From an uncultured Planctomycetales bacterium (GTDB taxonomy: Bacteria; Planctomycetota; Phycisphaerae; UBA1845; PWPN01): a stretch of DNA of 64,000 nucleotides. Position 1 is the first letter of the stretch; every line of letters begins with the position of its first letter. The notes below the pieces were generated by a model. It saw nothing but the letters and a program-made list of their open reading frames with translations, was not told where the DNA came from and made no database searches. A program made the translations under genes and the position numbers. This document shows positions 28,474 to 38,335 of this stretch, piece after piece. The stretch is taken from assembly GCA_964618455.1 (NCBI GenBank), contig CAZUAQ010000010.1, positions 1 to 64,000 of the forward strand, written 5' to 3'.

Positions 28474-29642
28474 TTCTTCTCCTTCGATGTCACGAGCGTG
28501 AGCGTCTCCTCAGGCGGAGCGCCCGGCAGTTCCACCGTCTCATGCCCGGTCACGACACCCGTGAAGTACTTGCGTGTCTGAAGATTCTTGAGTTCCACCG
28601 TCTCGCCGTAGCCTCCGCTTTCCAGCGCCTTGGCGGTGTACTTGATGACCAGCCCTCCGCGCCGCACCCACACCACGACCAGGTCATTCCGCTTGACCAG
28701 CGGGACCGGTTCGATGTCGCGCGGGGTGATGCGCTCGCCTTCCTTGATCAGCTTCTTGGCCTGCTGGCCGATGAGCGGTTGGGTTTCGGTGAGAGTGACG
28801 TCGTTGAGATTCTTGAACGGGAAGGTGCGCAGGGTCACGTCGCTTTCCTGGATGACGTGCCCGCGGTTCATCGGACGTGTCGCGACCACGACCTCTTTCT
28901 CGAGGATCACCTCGGCCAGGATCGACAGTGTCTGGCGGACCAGGTCGCCTTCGCTGACGGTCACGCGCATGGACACCATCCCCACGAGGCGGTCGGTTTC
29001 GTCGACGATCTTGAAGTCGTAGGTCGGCTTGGTGAGTTTCAGGTAGCGCTCGGCCATGGCGCTGAAGCGAATGACCGGTGTTCCGCCGAGTCGCGCCATC
29101 CTTTGGGCGAGATGCCGGCGCAGGTCGGCTTCGAGGCTGTTCGGCTCGACACCCCGCAGGTACGCCGGGACACCCGGCATCTGCGACGCGAGCGACTCGC
29201 CGATCAGAATGGGGCCATCCTGCGTGGAATCCTTGCCGTCGGCAGCCTGCCCCGCCCGTTGAACGGTGCACTGGCTGTGGCCCCGAAAGACCCACAGGCC
29301 CAGGTTCACGCCGTGACGTCGCAGGGCCTGCTCCAACGCGTCGACCGTCACCACGTACGATCCCTCGGGCTTCAGGCCGGAGACGATCACCCATTCCGCG
29401 GCGCGCGACGATCGCGGCCCCTCGATCGTTCCGATGTCACCCAGACGGATGACCTCGGACGTCACGACGGCCGATGGATGAACCTGCACGGTGGTCTCGC
29501 CGATCTCCAGATCGTGCTGCGATGCCTCTTCCGCATGCAACACCATCGGGCTGCCCGCCAGCGCGACCAGGACGACAAGCGTCCATGTCTGACGGGGATC
29601 GGTGATCCGCCCTGCTCGAATTGTCAGTTGTGCATCCTGCAT
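28470..29642 (-). CDS. flgA: Flagellar basal-body P-ring formation chaperone FlgA (long form)
   Basis: Signal peptide; C-terminal SAF/FlgA domain (ITPRDIEPVPLVKRNDLVVVWVRRGGLVIKYTAKALESGGYGETVELKNLQTRKYFTGVV). Confidence 0.65.
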   Translation of the reverse strand: MQDAQLTIRAGRITDPRQTWTLVVLVALAGSPMVLHAEEASQHDLEIGETTVQVHPSAVVTSEVIRLGDIGTIEGPRSSRAAEWVIVSGLKPEGSYVVTVDALEQALRRHGVNLGLWVFRGHSQCTVQRAGQAADGKDSTQDGPILIGESLASQMPGVPAYLRGVEPNSLEADLRRHLAQRMARLGGTPVIRFSAMAERYLKLTKPTYDFKIVDETDRLVGMVSMRVTVSEGDLVRQTLSILAEVILEKEVVVATRPMNRGHVIQESDVTLRTFPFKNLNDVTLTETQPLIGQQAKKLIKEGERITPRDIEPVPLVKRNDLVVVWVRRGGLVIKYTAKALESGGYGETVELKNLQTRKYFTGVVTGHETVELPGAPPEETLTLVTSKEKK

Positions 29643-29822
29643 GTCGACGACCTCCGCGCCGATGATCCGTTTGGCGAACCGCTGTCACTCCTCCAGGTTC
29701 GCTTGCTTCTCTCCGTCTCCCGGTCATCCTGCCGAACGCGTGCCTTCACGAAGCCCGGCGGAATTCTGCGTCCGCTCATGTCCCGCGATCAGGATTCCAC
29801 CTCATCGCCCGTCAATTGCCTC

Positions 29823-30629
29823 TTACCGTCTCAGGTTCGAGACGATCCGCAGCGACTCATCCGCGCTCTGGATCGTCTGGGAGTTCAATTCAAAGCCGCG
29901 CTGCGTCAGGATCAGCCCGACGAGTTCCATCACCGGATCGACGTTGCTCATTTCCAGACTCGCCTGCCGGAGACTGCCCAGGCCCTCTTCCTGCGGAAAA
30001 CCCTCGATGGGCGCGCCGGACGCGTCCGTCTCCAGGTAAAGGTTCTTGCCGATCTGCTGCAGCCCCTCGTTGTTCACGAACCGCGCGAGCTCGATCTGCC
30101 CGAGCTGGGCGATCTCGCCGCCGGTGCGCACCCCGACCTGGCCGTCCTGGCTGATCACGATGTTCTCTTCGGGCACGTTCTCCGGAATATTGATGGGCGG
30201 ATCGAGCAGCGTGCCGGGCGTATTGGCGAGCACCAGGTCGCCGTTGGCGTTGCGGACGAAGTTGCCCGCCCGCGTGTAGGCGGTGACCTCTTCCCCGTTG
30301 AAGAAGGTCTGCACCTTGAAGAAGCCCTCACCCTCGATCGCCATGTCCAGGTTGCGGCTGGTCAGCTCGCTCGCGCCCTGGTTGAAATCGAGCTGCGTGC
30401 CCGACAGCGCCACGCCGAGACCGACCTGAATCCCGTGCGGGTTGGGATTGTCGTTCGCGTCGCGGACGCCGGGTTCTCGCTTGACCTGGTACATCAGATC
30501 CTCGAAGTTCACGCGGCTCTTCTTGAAGCCGACGGTGTTGACGTTCGCCAGGTTGTTGGCGATGACGTTCAGCTTCGTGTCGAGCGCCGCCATGCCCGTG
30601 GCGGCCGCATGAAACGCGTTAATACCCAT
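29823..30629 (-). CDS. flgG: Flagellar basal-body rod protein FlgG
   Basis: N-terminal LDTKLNVIANNLANVNTVGFKKSR and C-terminal ...VSNLRR rod protein motifs; 268 aa. Confidence 0.85.
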   Translation of the reverse strand: MGINAFHAAATGMAALDTKLNVIANNLANVNTVGFKKSRVNFEDLMYQVKREPGVRDANDNPNPHGIQVGLGVALSGTQLDFNQGASELTSRNLDMAIEGEGFFKVQTFFNGEEVTAYTRAGNFVRNANGDLVLANTPGTLLDPPINIPENVPEENIVISQDGQVGVRTGGEIAQLGQIELARFVNNEGLQQIGKNLYLETDASGAPIEGFPQEEGLGSLRQASLEMSNVDPVMELVGLILTQRGFELNSQTIQSADESLRIVSNLRR

Positions 30630-30650
30630 GACAAACCTCTACCTCTTCAC

Positions 30651-31424
30651 CTACCGGAGCCGCGCGATGTCGTTCACGGCGCGATTCAACGTCGCGTCCG
30701 CCAGGCCGATCATCTGCGCGTTCATCTCGTACAACCGGGTGGCCTGCATCATGGCCACCATCTCCCGCGTCGGGTCCACCGTGGAACGCTCGATGGAACC
30801 CACCTCCAACTGGACGTCCATGCGTTGCGGCGTCGCGCCCATGGCGCGATAGACGTTGCCGCCGACCTTGCGCAAGAGGCTGCGGTCCTCGAATCTCACC
30901 GTGCCCAGCCGCGCCAGCACCGCATCCTTCGCGCGGACGTATCCATTGCCGTCGATCGAGATCTCGCCTTCGGTCTCCGGCGGAATCACGATCGCATTGC
31001 CCGATGCGTCGAGCACGTTGTGATCCGTGACCGTCACCAGCTCGCCGGCCCGGTTGGTCGTGAACCGGCCGTCGCGCGTGTAGTGTTCCTGCCCGTCTTT
31101 CTCGACGGTGAAGAATCCATCACCCTTCAGGGCGACGTCGAGCGGGTTGCCCGTCTTTTCGATCATGCCCTGCTCGTGCGCGGTATAGGTCGGCGCGACC
31201 AGCGATCCGCCGGTCATGGGATCGAGGAGTTCCTGCGACAGCGCGGGATCCCCGGGATTCTCCCGGCTCTCGATCGCGCGCTCGCGGATGACGGCCAGGT
31301 CCTTCTTGAAGCCTGCCGTATCCAGGTTGGCTAGATTGTTGGCGAGGATCTCCTGCCGGTACTGGTTGGTCTGTAGACCCGTGGCCGACATGTAGATGCC
31401 ATAAACCATCGCCTGACTCCTCAA
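30651..31424 (-). CDS. flgF: Flagellar basal-body rod protein FlgF
   Basis: GIYMSATGLQTNQYRQEILANNLANLDTAGFKKD N-terminus and C-terminal rod domain; true start may be the Met at 31409. Confidence 0.8.
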   Translation of the reverse strand: MRSQAMVYGIYMSATGLQTNQYRQEILANNLANLDTAGFKKDLAVIRERAIESRENPGDPALSQELLDPMTGGSLVAPTYTAHEQGMIEKTGNPLDVALKGDGFFTVEKDGQEHYTRDGRFTTNRAGELVTVTDHNVLDASGNAIVIPPETEGEISIDGNGYVRAKDAVLARLGTVRFEDRSLLRKVGGNVYRAMGATPQRMDVQLEVGSIERSTVDPTREMVAMMQATRLYEMNAQMIGLADATLNRAVNDIARLR

Positions 31425-31794
31425 TCACCGGCAGCCGGATGCGCGACCGCCACGAAGTACTTCACCGTCGGTAGTGCATCGCCGCCCGATCTTCATGGGG
31501 GGTGTGATCCGGGCGAATCCGATCGTCTCCGACAGATTCACTGCAATGCAGCCGAGCGACTTCCACCATGTGGACGGCGCTGGCGGCTGCGGCCAATCGC
31601 CTGATTCGCGCGCCGAGGGTGGCCCAGTCCATGGCCACTGTGTCGCAATCCGTTGCTCGGTCCGATGACCGTGTCCTCATCGACGCGCTCCTTAGGCTCT
31701 GCATGACCCCGCGGGGCCACTGAATGCATACACCGATGGACTCCGAGCCCATCTCGTCGCCACCGCATTACGCAACCCCTGTGCCAGTTCCGCT

Positions 31795-31810
31795 TGGCAC
31801 GCCAATTGCC
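31795..31810 (+). promoter_or_regulatory. Sigma-54-type -24/-12 element (TGGCAC-N5-TTGC), orientation puzzling
   Basis: cttTGGCACgccaaTTGCc at 31795-31809 with exact GG-N10-GC spacing; in the AT-richer intergenic region between murD and the flg operon; points away from flgF (plus direction). Confidence 0.3.
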
Positions 31811-32004
31811 TGCTTCGAGAGATTTCATTTTCTGATGTAATTCACTTCTGAATAAGGACTTACGAAAAATGTAAATCTGGGCAAGTCGATGGCGACTCGG
31901 ATATGGCAGGGCGGGACCGGCCGCGCAACTCTTGCCGCGGTTCGGCAACTCTTGCCGATCGCGCGAGGGGAAAGGGAGAGGGTTTCACGCCCGGAAAGGT
32001 GGGT

Positions 32005-33357
32005 TCAGGAGGAGGGCTCGAGGGACTCGACAAGCTCGCGGAACCGCGCGCCGCGCTGCTCGTAGTTGTCGAACATGTCGTAGCTCGTGCAGGCGGGCGA
32101 TAGCAACACCACGTCCCCCGGCGCGGCCAACGCGGCGGCCCGCATGACCGCGTCATCGAATCGGGAAGCCTTTTCCAGAATAAGATCCCGCGCGTCCGAT
32201 TGATGGGCCGAGACCGCCGCATGAAGCGCCTCCCCCGTCGCGCCGTACGTCACCACGCCTTTGGCCCGCTGTGCGAGCAGTTCGCCCAGCCCGTCGAACG
32301 GAATCCCCTTGTCCGCGCCGCCGACCAATACGATCACGTTGCCGTCGAAGGCGTTCAGCGCGATCTGCGTGGCGTCAGGCGTGGTGGATTTCGAGTCGTT
32401 GTAATAGACCACGCCCCCTGCCTCCGCGACGCGCTCCAGGCGATGCGGCAATCCCTTGAATTCCACCAGTCCGCGCCCGATCGTTTCATCCGGAATCTTC
32501 AGCGCACGCGCGACGGCGATGGCGGCCGATGCGTTGATCTCATTGTGCACGCCGGGCACCTGGAGAGCGGTGCGAAATGCGGGATCGAAACCGTATCGAA
32601 TCATCGTTCGTTCCCCGGGCACCGCCTGAATGCATCGACACAACTCATCCTGCGCGCTGTGAATGAAAACCTGCTGAATCCCCTTGAAAAAGCGCACAAT
32701 ATTGAGCTTGGCATCGAGGTAGACGTCGAACGTGCCGTGCCGGTCGAGATGGTTCGGCTGCACGTTGGTCAGGATGGCATGCGACGGACTCCAGCGCAGC
32801 GCCGCCAGGTCCTCCAGTTGGAAGCTCGACAACTCCAACACCACGACGTGCTCTTCGGCGATGCGATCCAGATCGAACAGCAGCGACTTGCCGATGTTTC
32901 CCCCGGTCCACGCGCCCGGAAGCGCGCCGTCGACAACGGCCTTCCGGAGCACCGCATCCAGCATGGCGGTGGTCGTGCTCTTGCCTGCCGTTCCAGTGAT
33001 GCCCACGACCCGCCGCGCGCGGAGCCGCTCGATGAACAGGTTCATCTCACTCGTCAGGGGAATGCCGCGACGCCGCGCTTCGTGAACGAACGGGCTGCGA
33101 TCCTTCGGCACCGCCGGGCTGACCACCAGCACATCGCACGCGTCGAGATCCACACCGTCATGCCCGCCGAGGCGATACTCCACGTCCAGCCCGCGAAGCT
33201 GATCGAGACTGGCGGCGAGCTTCTCCGCCGGAGCGGCATCGGTCACCGTCACCCGCGCATTCTTCTCGGCCAGCCAGCGCGTCACGGCGATGCCCCCCCC
33301 GAAACGCCCGAGACCCATGACCACCACTCGCTTGTCGGCAACATCCGTGTAGCTCAT
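32005..33357 (-). CDS. murD: UDP-N-acetylmuramoyl-L-alanine--D-glutamate ligase
   Basis: VVVMGLGRFGGGIAVTRWLAEKNARVTVTD N-terminal Rossmann; GITGTAGKSTTTAM P-loop; Mur ligase middle and C-terminal domains; 450 aa. Confidence 0.85.
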   Translation of the reverse strand: MSYTDVADKRVVVMGLGRFGGGIAVTRWLAEKNARVTVTDAAPAEKLAASLDQLRGLDVEYRLGGHDGVDLDACDVLVVSPAVPKDRSPFVHEARRRGIPLTSEMNLFIERLRARRVVGITGTAGKSTTTAMLDAVLRKAVVDGALPGAWTGGNIGKSLLFDLDRIAEEHVVVLELSSFQLEDLAALRWSPSHAILTNVQPNHLDRHGTFDVYLDAKLNIVRFFKGIQQVFIHSAQDELCRCIQAVPGERTMIRYGFDPAFRTALQVPGVHNEINASAAIAVARALKIPDETIGRGLVEFKGLPHRLERVAEAGGVVYYNDSKSTTPDATQIALNAFDGNVIVLVGGADKGIPFDGLGELLAQRAKGVVTYGATGEALHAAVSAHQSDARDLILEKASRFDDAVMRAAALAAPGDVVLLSPACTSYDMFDNYEQRGARFRELVESLEPSS

Positions 33358-33527
33358 GCCCCCATTCTAGCCCCGCCACGCAGAACCATCGACCAACCTT
33401 GACCGCATCCTCACACAACCTTGATGCGCGCCGAACACGGCTTCGCTTAGGATGACCCCTCCAACTGCCTCGTGTACCATTATGCCGTGCTTCCCATCGA
33501 TCCGATTCAGAATCATCGGAGGATCCC

Positions 33528-35981
33528 ATGACCGACACCCGCCAACCGCGTGCGTGCCTCATTGCCTTGCTCGTGCTGCTGCTCATCTCCGCCGCCGATG
33601 CCGCGCCCGAAGCTTTCGAGATCGGCCCCGGCAACGTGGACCAGCTCCCCGGCGGCGAGGAAGCCGACGGCATCATCGGCGACTTCGTCATCCGCAACGA
33701 TCTCATCGAAGCGGTCGTCGCCGGCAATCAGCACAACCGCAAGGCCAACATGCTGGTCAACTGGGACTCGACCACGCAGGGATGTCTCTATGACCTCACG
33801 CTCCGCGGGCAGGACAACGATCAACTTACCGCTCTCCGCCCGGGCCACCAGCAGGGCCAGCTGTCCCGTGTCTCCGTCATCAAGGACGGCGGCGACGGTG
33901 AAGCGATCATCCGCGCGGAACTCAACCTCACCGCCGGCAACGGATTCGCCCGGGCGCACGAATACATCCTGGTCGATGGCTGGCAGCATCTTCTGATCGT
34001 CTCGACGTACACCAACCACACCGGTAAGCCGGTGAAGGTGAACGTCGGGCCGGACATCAAGGGTCTCGTCGGCGGGCCGACGATCGACGATATCCGCACC
34101 GGTACCTGCCAGGACCCCGCTTATCGTGTTGGTTACGCCGTGAAGCCCATGCAGGTGAAGTCCGCCGAGCCGGCAACCGGTGAAGTCGAGATTGCGCCCG
34201 GAACCTCGCGAAGCTATGCCCTCGCCGTCGCCATCGGGGATGGCCCGGCGGAAGCGTTCTTCCATTTGAAGAACATGTTCGGCGAGCAGCGCCGTTGCCA
34301 GGGACGTGTGCTCGATGCCGCCGGCAATCCGGCAACCGATATCGAGCTGATCTTCCCGATCGGGGACCAGTCGCTCGTGGCTTATGTCGACGAGGATGGC
34401 CGGTTCGACCTGATTCTTCCCACGATGAAGTTCGACGTGACCCTCCGCAGCCTGGGACGGGCGGACACTGCGGTCACATTGATCGCCGGAGAGACCTTCA
34501 AGCTGACGGTCCCCGTTGCCGCCGGCGCGCATGTCGTCGTCAAGGACAACCACGGCAAGCCCCTGCCCTGCCGCGTGCAGTTCATCGGCATCGACGGTAC
34601 GGCCATGCCCTTCCTCGGCCCGCACATTCGTGCCCACGGTTGCGCGAACGAGTATCACACCGAGCGCGGTGCATTCTTCCAGCCGTTGCCGCCGGGCAAG
34701 TATCGCATCGTGATCACGCGCGGCATCGAGTACGACCACGCCGAGCGCACCATCGAGATCAAACCCGAAACCACGACCGAGGTTGAAGCCACGCTCACGC
34801 GCATCGTCGACACCACCGGCTGGATCAGCTCCGACTTCCACAACCACACGACCAAGAGCGGCGACAACTACTGCGTGACCGATTCGCGCATCATCGATCT
34901 CGTGGCGGAGCACATCGAGTTCGCCCCCGCCACCGAACACAACCGTGTCTATCCGTGGATGCCGCACATTGAGAAGCTCGGCGTGACCGAACACCTCAAG
35001 TCGATCCCCGGCATCGAACTGACCGGCGGTGGACCGCACCTGAACGCCTTCCCGCTGATTCCCGTCTTTCACACACAGGACAACGGCGCACCCCAATGGG
35101 ACCCCGACCCGCGCATCAACGCCCTTGCCCTGCACAACATGCCCGGCGACCGCAATGCCCGATGGATCCAACTCAACCACCCGGACGTGGCCCGCTACTT
35201 CCGCCACTTCCGCAGCGACGCCAAGCCCGGCGAGGGCTACCCCGGCCTCGAGGGATTCATCAACGGCGCGGAACTCTGGGGCGAGCAGTTCCTCAACCCC
35301 AGCCCGAAGGTGCAGGTCGAGTGGAAGGGCAAGATGCACACGCGCCAGAACTGGCCGTTCTACTGGATGCAGATGATCAATGCCGGGCACCGCATCTGGG
35401 CCATCGCCGTCAGCGACGCCCATGAAGTGACTCAGGGCGGCGTGGGCGGATGGCGGACGTACCTGCCGAGCTCCACCGATGCCCCGGCGGAAATTGACCC
35501 GAACGAAGTGATCGCCCACGCCAAGGCCGGCCATGCCTACATGACCAACGGCCCGTTCCTTCAGGTGCATACCGTCGAGGGGGGGCACGGCCCGGGGGAA
35601 ACGATCTCCGCCACCGGCGAAGTCGCGCTCCAGGTCAGCGTGCAGTGCAACACCTGGGTCGATATCGATCGTGTGGTCGTCTACGCCAACGGGCGCCCGC
35701 ACCCGAAGGCCGACTTCCGCCGCGACACCCACCCCGACATGTTCCACAAGGACGTGACGCGCTTCGACGAAACCATCCGCGTCCCGCTCGACGGAGACGC
35801 CCATCTCATCGTCGTCGCCGGCGCCGAAGACGACGCCCTCAAGCTCACCACCGGCTACGGACTGAGCTGGCAGAAACGCATGCACCCGCTGGCGTATCAC
35901 AACCCCATCTTCGTCGATACCGACGGCGATGGCTTTACACCCAACGGCGACATGCTCGACCAGGAGTTCCTGCCTGAATAA
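33528..35981 (+). CDS. Secreted large protein with C-terminal PHP-like (CehA/McbA-type metallohydrolase) domain
   Basis: Signal peptide MTDTRQPRACLIALLVLLLISAADA; DFHNHTTKSGD...ATEHN motifs resemble PHP-domain metal-binding His clusters. Confidence 0.55.
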   Translation: MTDTRQPRACLIALLVLLLISAADAAPEAFEIGPGNVDQLPGGEEADGIIGDFVIRNDLIEAVVAGNQHNRKANMLVNWDSTTQGCLYDLTLRGQDNDQLTALRPGHQQGQLSRVSVIKDGGDGEAIIRAELNLTAGNGFARAHEYILVDGWQHLLIVSTYTNHTGKPVKVNVGPDIKGLVGGPTIDDIRTGTCQDPAYRVGYAVKPMQVKSAEPATGEVEIAPGTSRSYALAVAIGDGPAEAFFHLKNMFGEQRRCQGRVLDAAGNPATDIELIFPIGDQSLVAYVDEDGRFDLILPTMKFDVTLRSLGRADTAVTLIAGETFKLTVPVAAGAHVVVKDNHGKPLPCRVQFIGIDGTAMPFLGPHIRAHGCANEYHTERGAFFQPLPPGKYRIVITRGIEYDHAERTIEIKPETTTEVEATLTRIVDTTGWISSDFHNHTTKSGDNYCVTDSRIIDLVAEHIEFAPATEHNRVYPWMPHIEKLGVTEHLKSIPGIELTGGGPHLNAFPLIPVFHTQDNGAPQWDPDPRINALALHNMPGDRNARWIQLNHPDVARYFRHFRSDAKPGEGYPGLEGFINGAELWGEQFLNPSPKVQVEWKGKMHTRQNWPFYWMQMINAGHRIWAIAVSDAHEVTQGGVGGWRTYLPSSTDAPAEIDPNEVIAHAKAGHAYMTNGPFLQVHTVEGGHGPGETISATGEVALQVSVQCNTWVDIDRVVVYANGRPHPKADFRRDTHPDMFHKDVTRFDETIRVPLDGDAHLIVVAGAEDDALKLTTGYGLSWQKRMHPLAYHNPIFVDTDGDGFTPNGDMLDQEFLPE

Positions 35982-36024
35982 ACGTGTTGGATGTCATCGC
36001 ACTTTCCCTTGATAATCCGAAAAC

Positions 36025-37770
36025 GTGGTGTTGGAACTTCAGCTATACGGGGGTATCTTGCTCATGGACCTGCCATCTTTTCGCGGATCGGAAGCACCTT
36101 TCCGCGCGGAGTTTGCCAAATTTATTCAGTCCAGGGAATTCAAGTCTTTTTACAACCGCACACACCGAAGGCCCCGATTTCATTGGATCCTCATGATTCT
36201 CTTCAGCCTCACCGGCGTGGGTATCGCGATCGCGATTGGGCTGTTTCTCAGAACACTTCGGCAACGTCATCTCCATCAAACCGCGTTTCAGAAATTCGCC
36301 GCACGCGCACAACGCACCGTGCCCATCTGGACGTACGTCGCCATGGCCAACACCCAGCTCATGGAACGCCCGCATACGATTGCGCCGGCATTGGTCATTG
36401 GGACATTTGATCCCGTTGTCGGAGCCGATGGGAAGGCCATGCTCGACATGTCGATCGCGCTTTCGGTGTCCGATGACCCGGCATTAGAGGCGATCATGGC
36501 CGACGAAGCCTTCAACGAACATCGCCGCCGGTTGCTCCCCGCTTCGTTGACTGGCACTACAGAAGTGTTCGCCTTCGATCTGATGATCAACAGCGACTGG
36601 TTGCCCGGAGGCGACATGAATGTGGCCATACCTTGCATGGCGGAGCCGGGAAGTCAGGGCATCATCACCATGCTGCCGATAGCCTTACTGAAGGAAGTCT
36701 TCAGTCGCTACGAAGAGGAGGATGATTCGCTCATACCTGAGGAGGGTTGGGGAGAAGGCCCATCTATTTACGACCATCTCCGACGTCATCTGCCGGAGGA
36801 CGAGGCGGAAAGCCCCCTCTCTTCGATGACCTTGCCTGATGAAGACCGCTTTCGTGAGGGATCTTCTCAGCGCTATGCCCCCGGAGCACACGACGAGATT
36901 ATGGCCCAGTTCGGCATGCCCGTTCCCGAGGACTACGCGGCAGCCGTAGCCGCTCGGCTGAATGCGTTTTGCCACAAACCTGGCGAGGAAACCCAGAAAG
37001 CCCTGTATGAGGTTCTCTGCGCGGATCCCCTGCCTCCGGCAATTGGTGATATCTTTGAGATGATGGCCGCGGATCATCCGGACCCGACACGGGCTGTCCA
37101 CCTTGCTCGAATGCTGACCACGCGTTCCGCTGATCGTAACCCGGTCAAGTTCGGGATCGCACTTCTCAGTTCATTTCGGGATCTGGATCATCTTGAGATA
37201 CTCAAGACACTGGCCCGCCACGACGAATTCACCCGATATTGCATCGTCGGCCTGAGACATCAGACGGATCACGTCGAGCGCGAACTCGCCTGGATTGCCA
37301 GGCGTGTGAAGGGCTGGGGCAGAATACATGCCATTCGTCAGATGAAGAATGTGACCGATCCCGAGCTCAGAAACTGGCTCCTCCGCGAAGGCTGCAGGAA
37401 CGAAGTCATGTACGAGTACACGGCGTATCCTTGCGCTATGGAGGGCGATCTCGTCTCAGCTCTTGCCGCGCCGGAGATAGACGGTCAATTGTTCTCTTCC
37501 GCCGCTATCCTATTGAATGCGCTGCTGCAGGGTGGGCCGGCCGAGGAGATCCGGGACTACGAACATGCCCCTCAAGCCATTTCCCACTTCATGCGACACG
37601 CGCAAGAGCAGCCGCTTGACTCGGATCACATTCAGATGATTCAGAATCTACAAGCCTACCTCACTGACGATGATGGAGAGTGGTGGAAGCGACGCGGCGA
37701 AGGCTGGAGCGAAGAACTTCGCATGGATGTGCTGGCGCAATGTCAATCGCTACTCGACTCGAATCCGTAG
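36025..37770 (+). CDS. Hypothetical membrane-anchored protein (lower-G+C segment); start possibly the Met at 36067
   Basis: 581-aa ORF; N-terminal TM (WILMILFSLTGVGIAIAIGLFL); no family recognised; codon usage and G+C differ from neighbours. Confidence 0.5.
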   Translation: MVLELQLYGGILLMDLPSFRGSEAPFRAEFAKFIQSREFKSFYNRTHRRPRFHWILMILFSLTGVGIAIAIGLFLRTLRQRHLHQTAFQKFAARAQRTVPIWTYVAMANTQLMERPHTIAPALVIGTFDPVVGADGKAMLDMSIALSVSDDPALEAIMADEAFNEHRRRLLPASLTGTTEVFAFDLMINSDWLPGGDMNVAIPCMAEPGSQGIITMLPIALLKEVFSRYEEEDDSLIPEEGWGEGPSIYDHLRRHLPEDEAESPLSSMTLPDEDRFREGSSQRYAPGAHDEIMAQFGMPVPEDYAAAVAARLNAFCHKPGEETQKALYEVLCADPLPPAIGDIFEMMAADHPDPTRAVHLARMLTTRSADRNPVKFGIALLSSFRDLDHLEILKTLARHDEFTRYCIVGLRHQTDHVERELAWIARRVKGWGRIHAIRQMKNVTDPELRNWLLREGCRNEVMYEYTAYPCAMEGDLVSALAAPEIDGQLFSSAAILLNALLQGGPAEEIRDYEHAPQAISHFMRHAQEQPLDSDHIQMIQNLQAYLTDDDGEWWKRRGEGWSEELRMDVLAQCQSLLDSNP

Positions 37771-38051
37771 TCGCCCCGACCGGTGGGGCCGTGCCTTCTG
37801 CCCCAACTGCGAGGGAGTGCCCCCATCCCAGCCGCGAGAAAACTTTCTTCCGCCCCTTAAGACCAATCGGCACGTTACTTTAAATGGTTTCTTTATCTAC
37901 AGTTACCAAAGACACGGGCAGTGGTATCAATATCAGGCCTCAGAATTCTTGGAAACCGGGAATGCCTTATTGAGAATCCCCGCCTCCGCCATACACTATA
38001 AAGAGATCGTCACATCCATAGCATTTTCTGGACGAGACAGGAGTTCAAAAC

Positions 38052-38270
38052 ATGGTCTGCAAGATTCTGGGCGGCGGCATTGCGCTGATGGGGCTGTTCT
38101 GGCTGGTGATGCCGACACTGGGCTACCGCGGAGGCATGGAAAACTGGATCAGCGGCTTCGGTTCGATCACACCGATCCTGCTCAAGGTGCTCATGATCGC
38201 GTTCGGCCTGCTGGTCGTCAAAGTCGGCTGCGACAAGACGATGCCCCGGCACAGCCTGGCCCGCAAGTGA
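38052..38270 (+). CDS. Small two-TM membrane protein, hypothetical
   Basis: 72 aa with two hydrophobic helices; RBS aggag 8 nt upstream of the ATG; lies in an AT-richer segment. Confidence 0.4.
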   Translation: MVCKILGGGIALMGLFWLVMPTLGYRGGMENWISGFGSITPILLKVLMIAFGLLVVKVGCDKTMPRHSLARK

Positions 38271-38335
38271 CCCGGCACACATCTCGATCGGAAACAGCGA
38301 GCTGCTTGTTGCAACACTGAGGATCGCGGCGTCGA

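Noticed and set aside
28542-31334. 930-aa plus-strand ORF, and similar long ORFs at 21935..23632, 23849..25570, 12525..13838, 15939..17306, 32200..33402, 33513..35900, 47678..49240, 49218..50729, 51296..52558, 62440..63825 and 7946..8968
   Set aside because: Each is antisense to a gene with recognisable conserved motifs (flagellar proteins, cysteine desulfurase, E1, ThrC-like, MurD, ABC transporter, PepF and others). Their translations are compositionally biased (R/G/A/P/D-rich) and motif-free.
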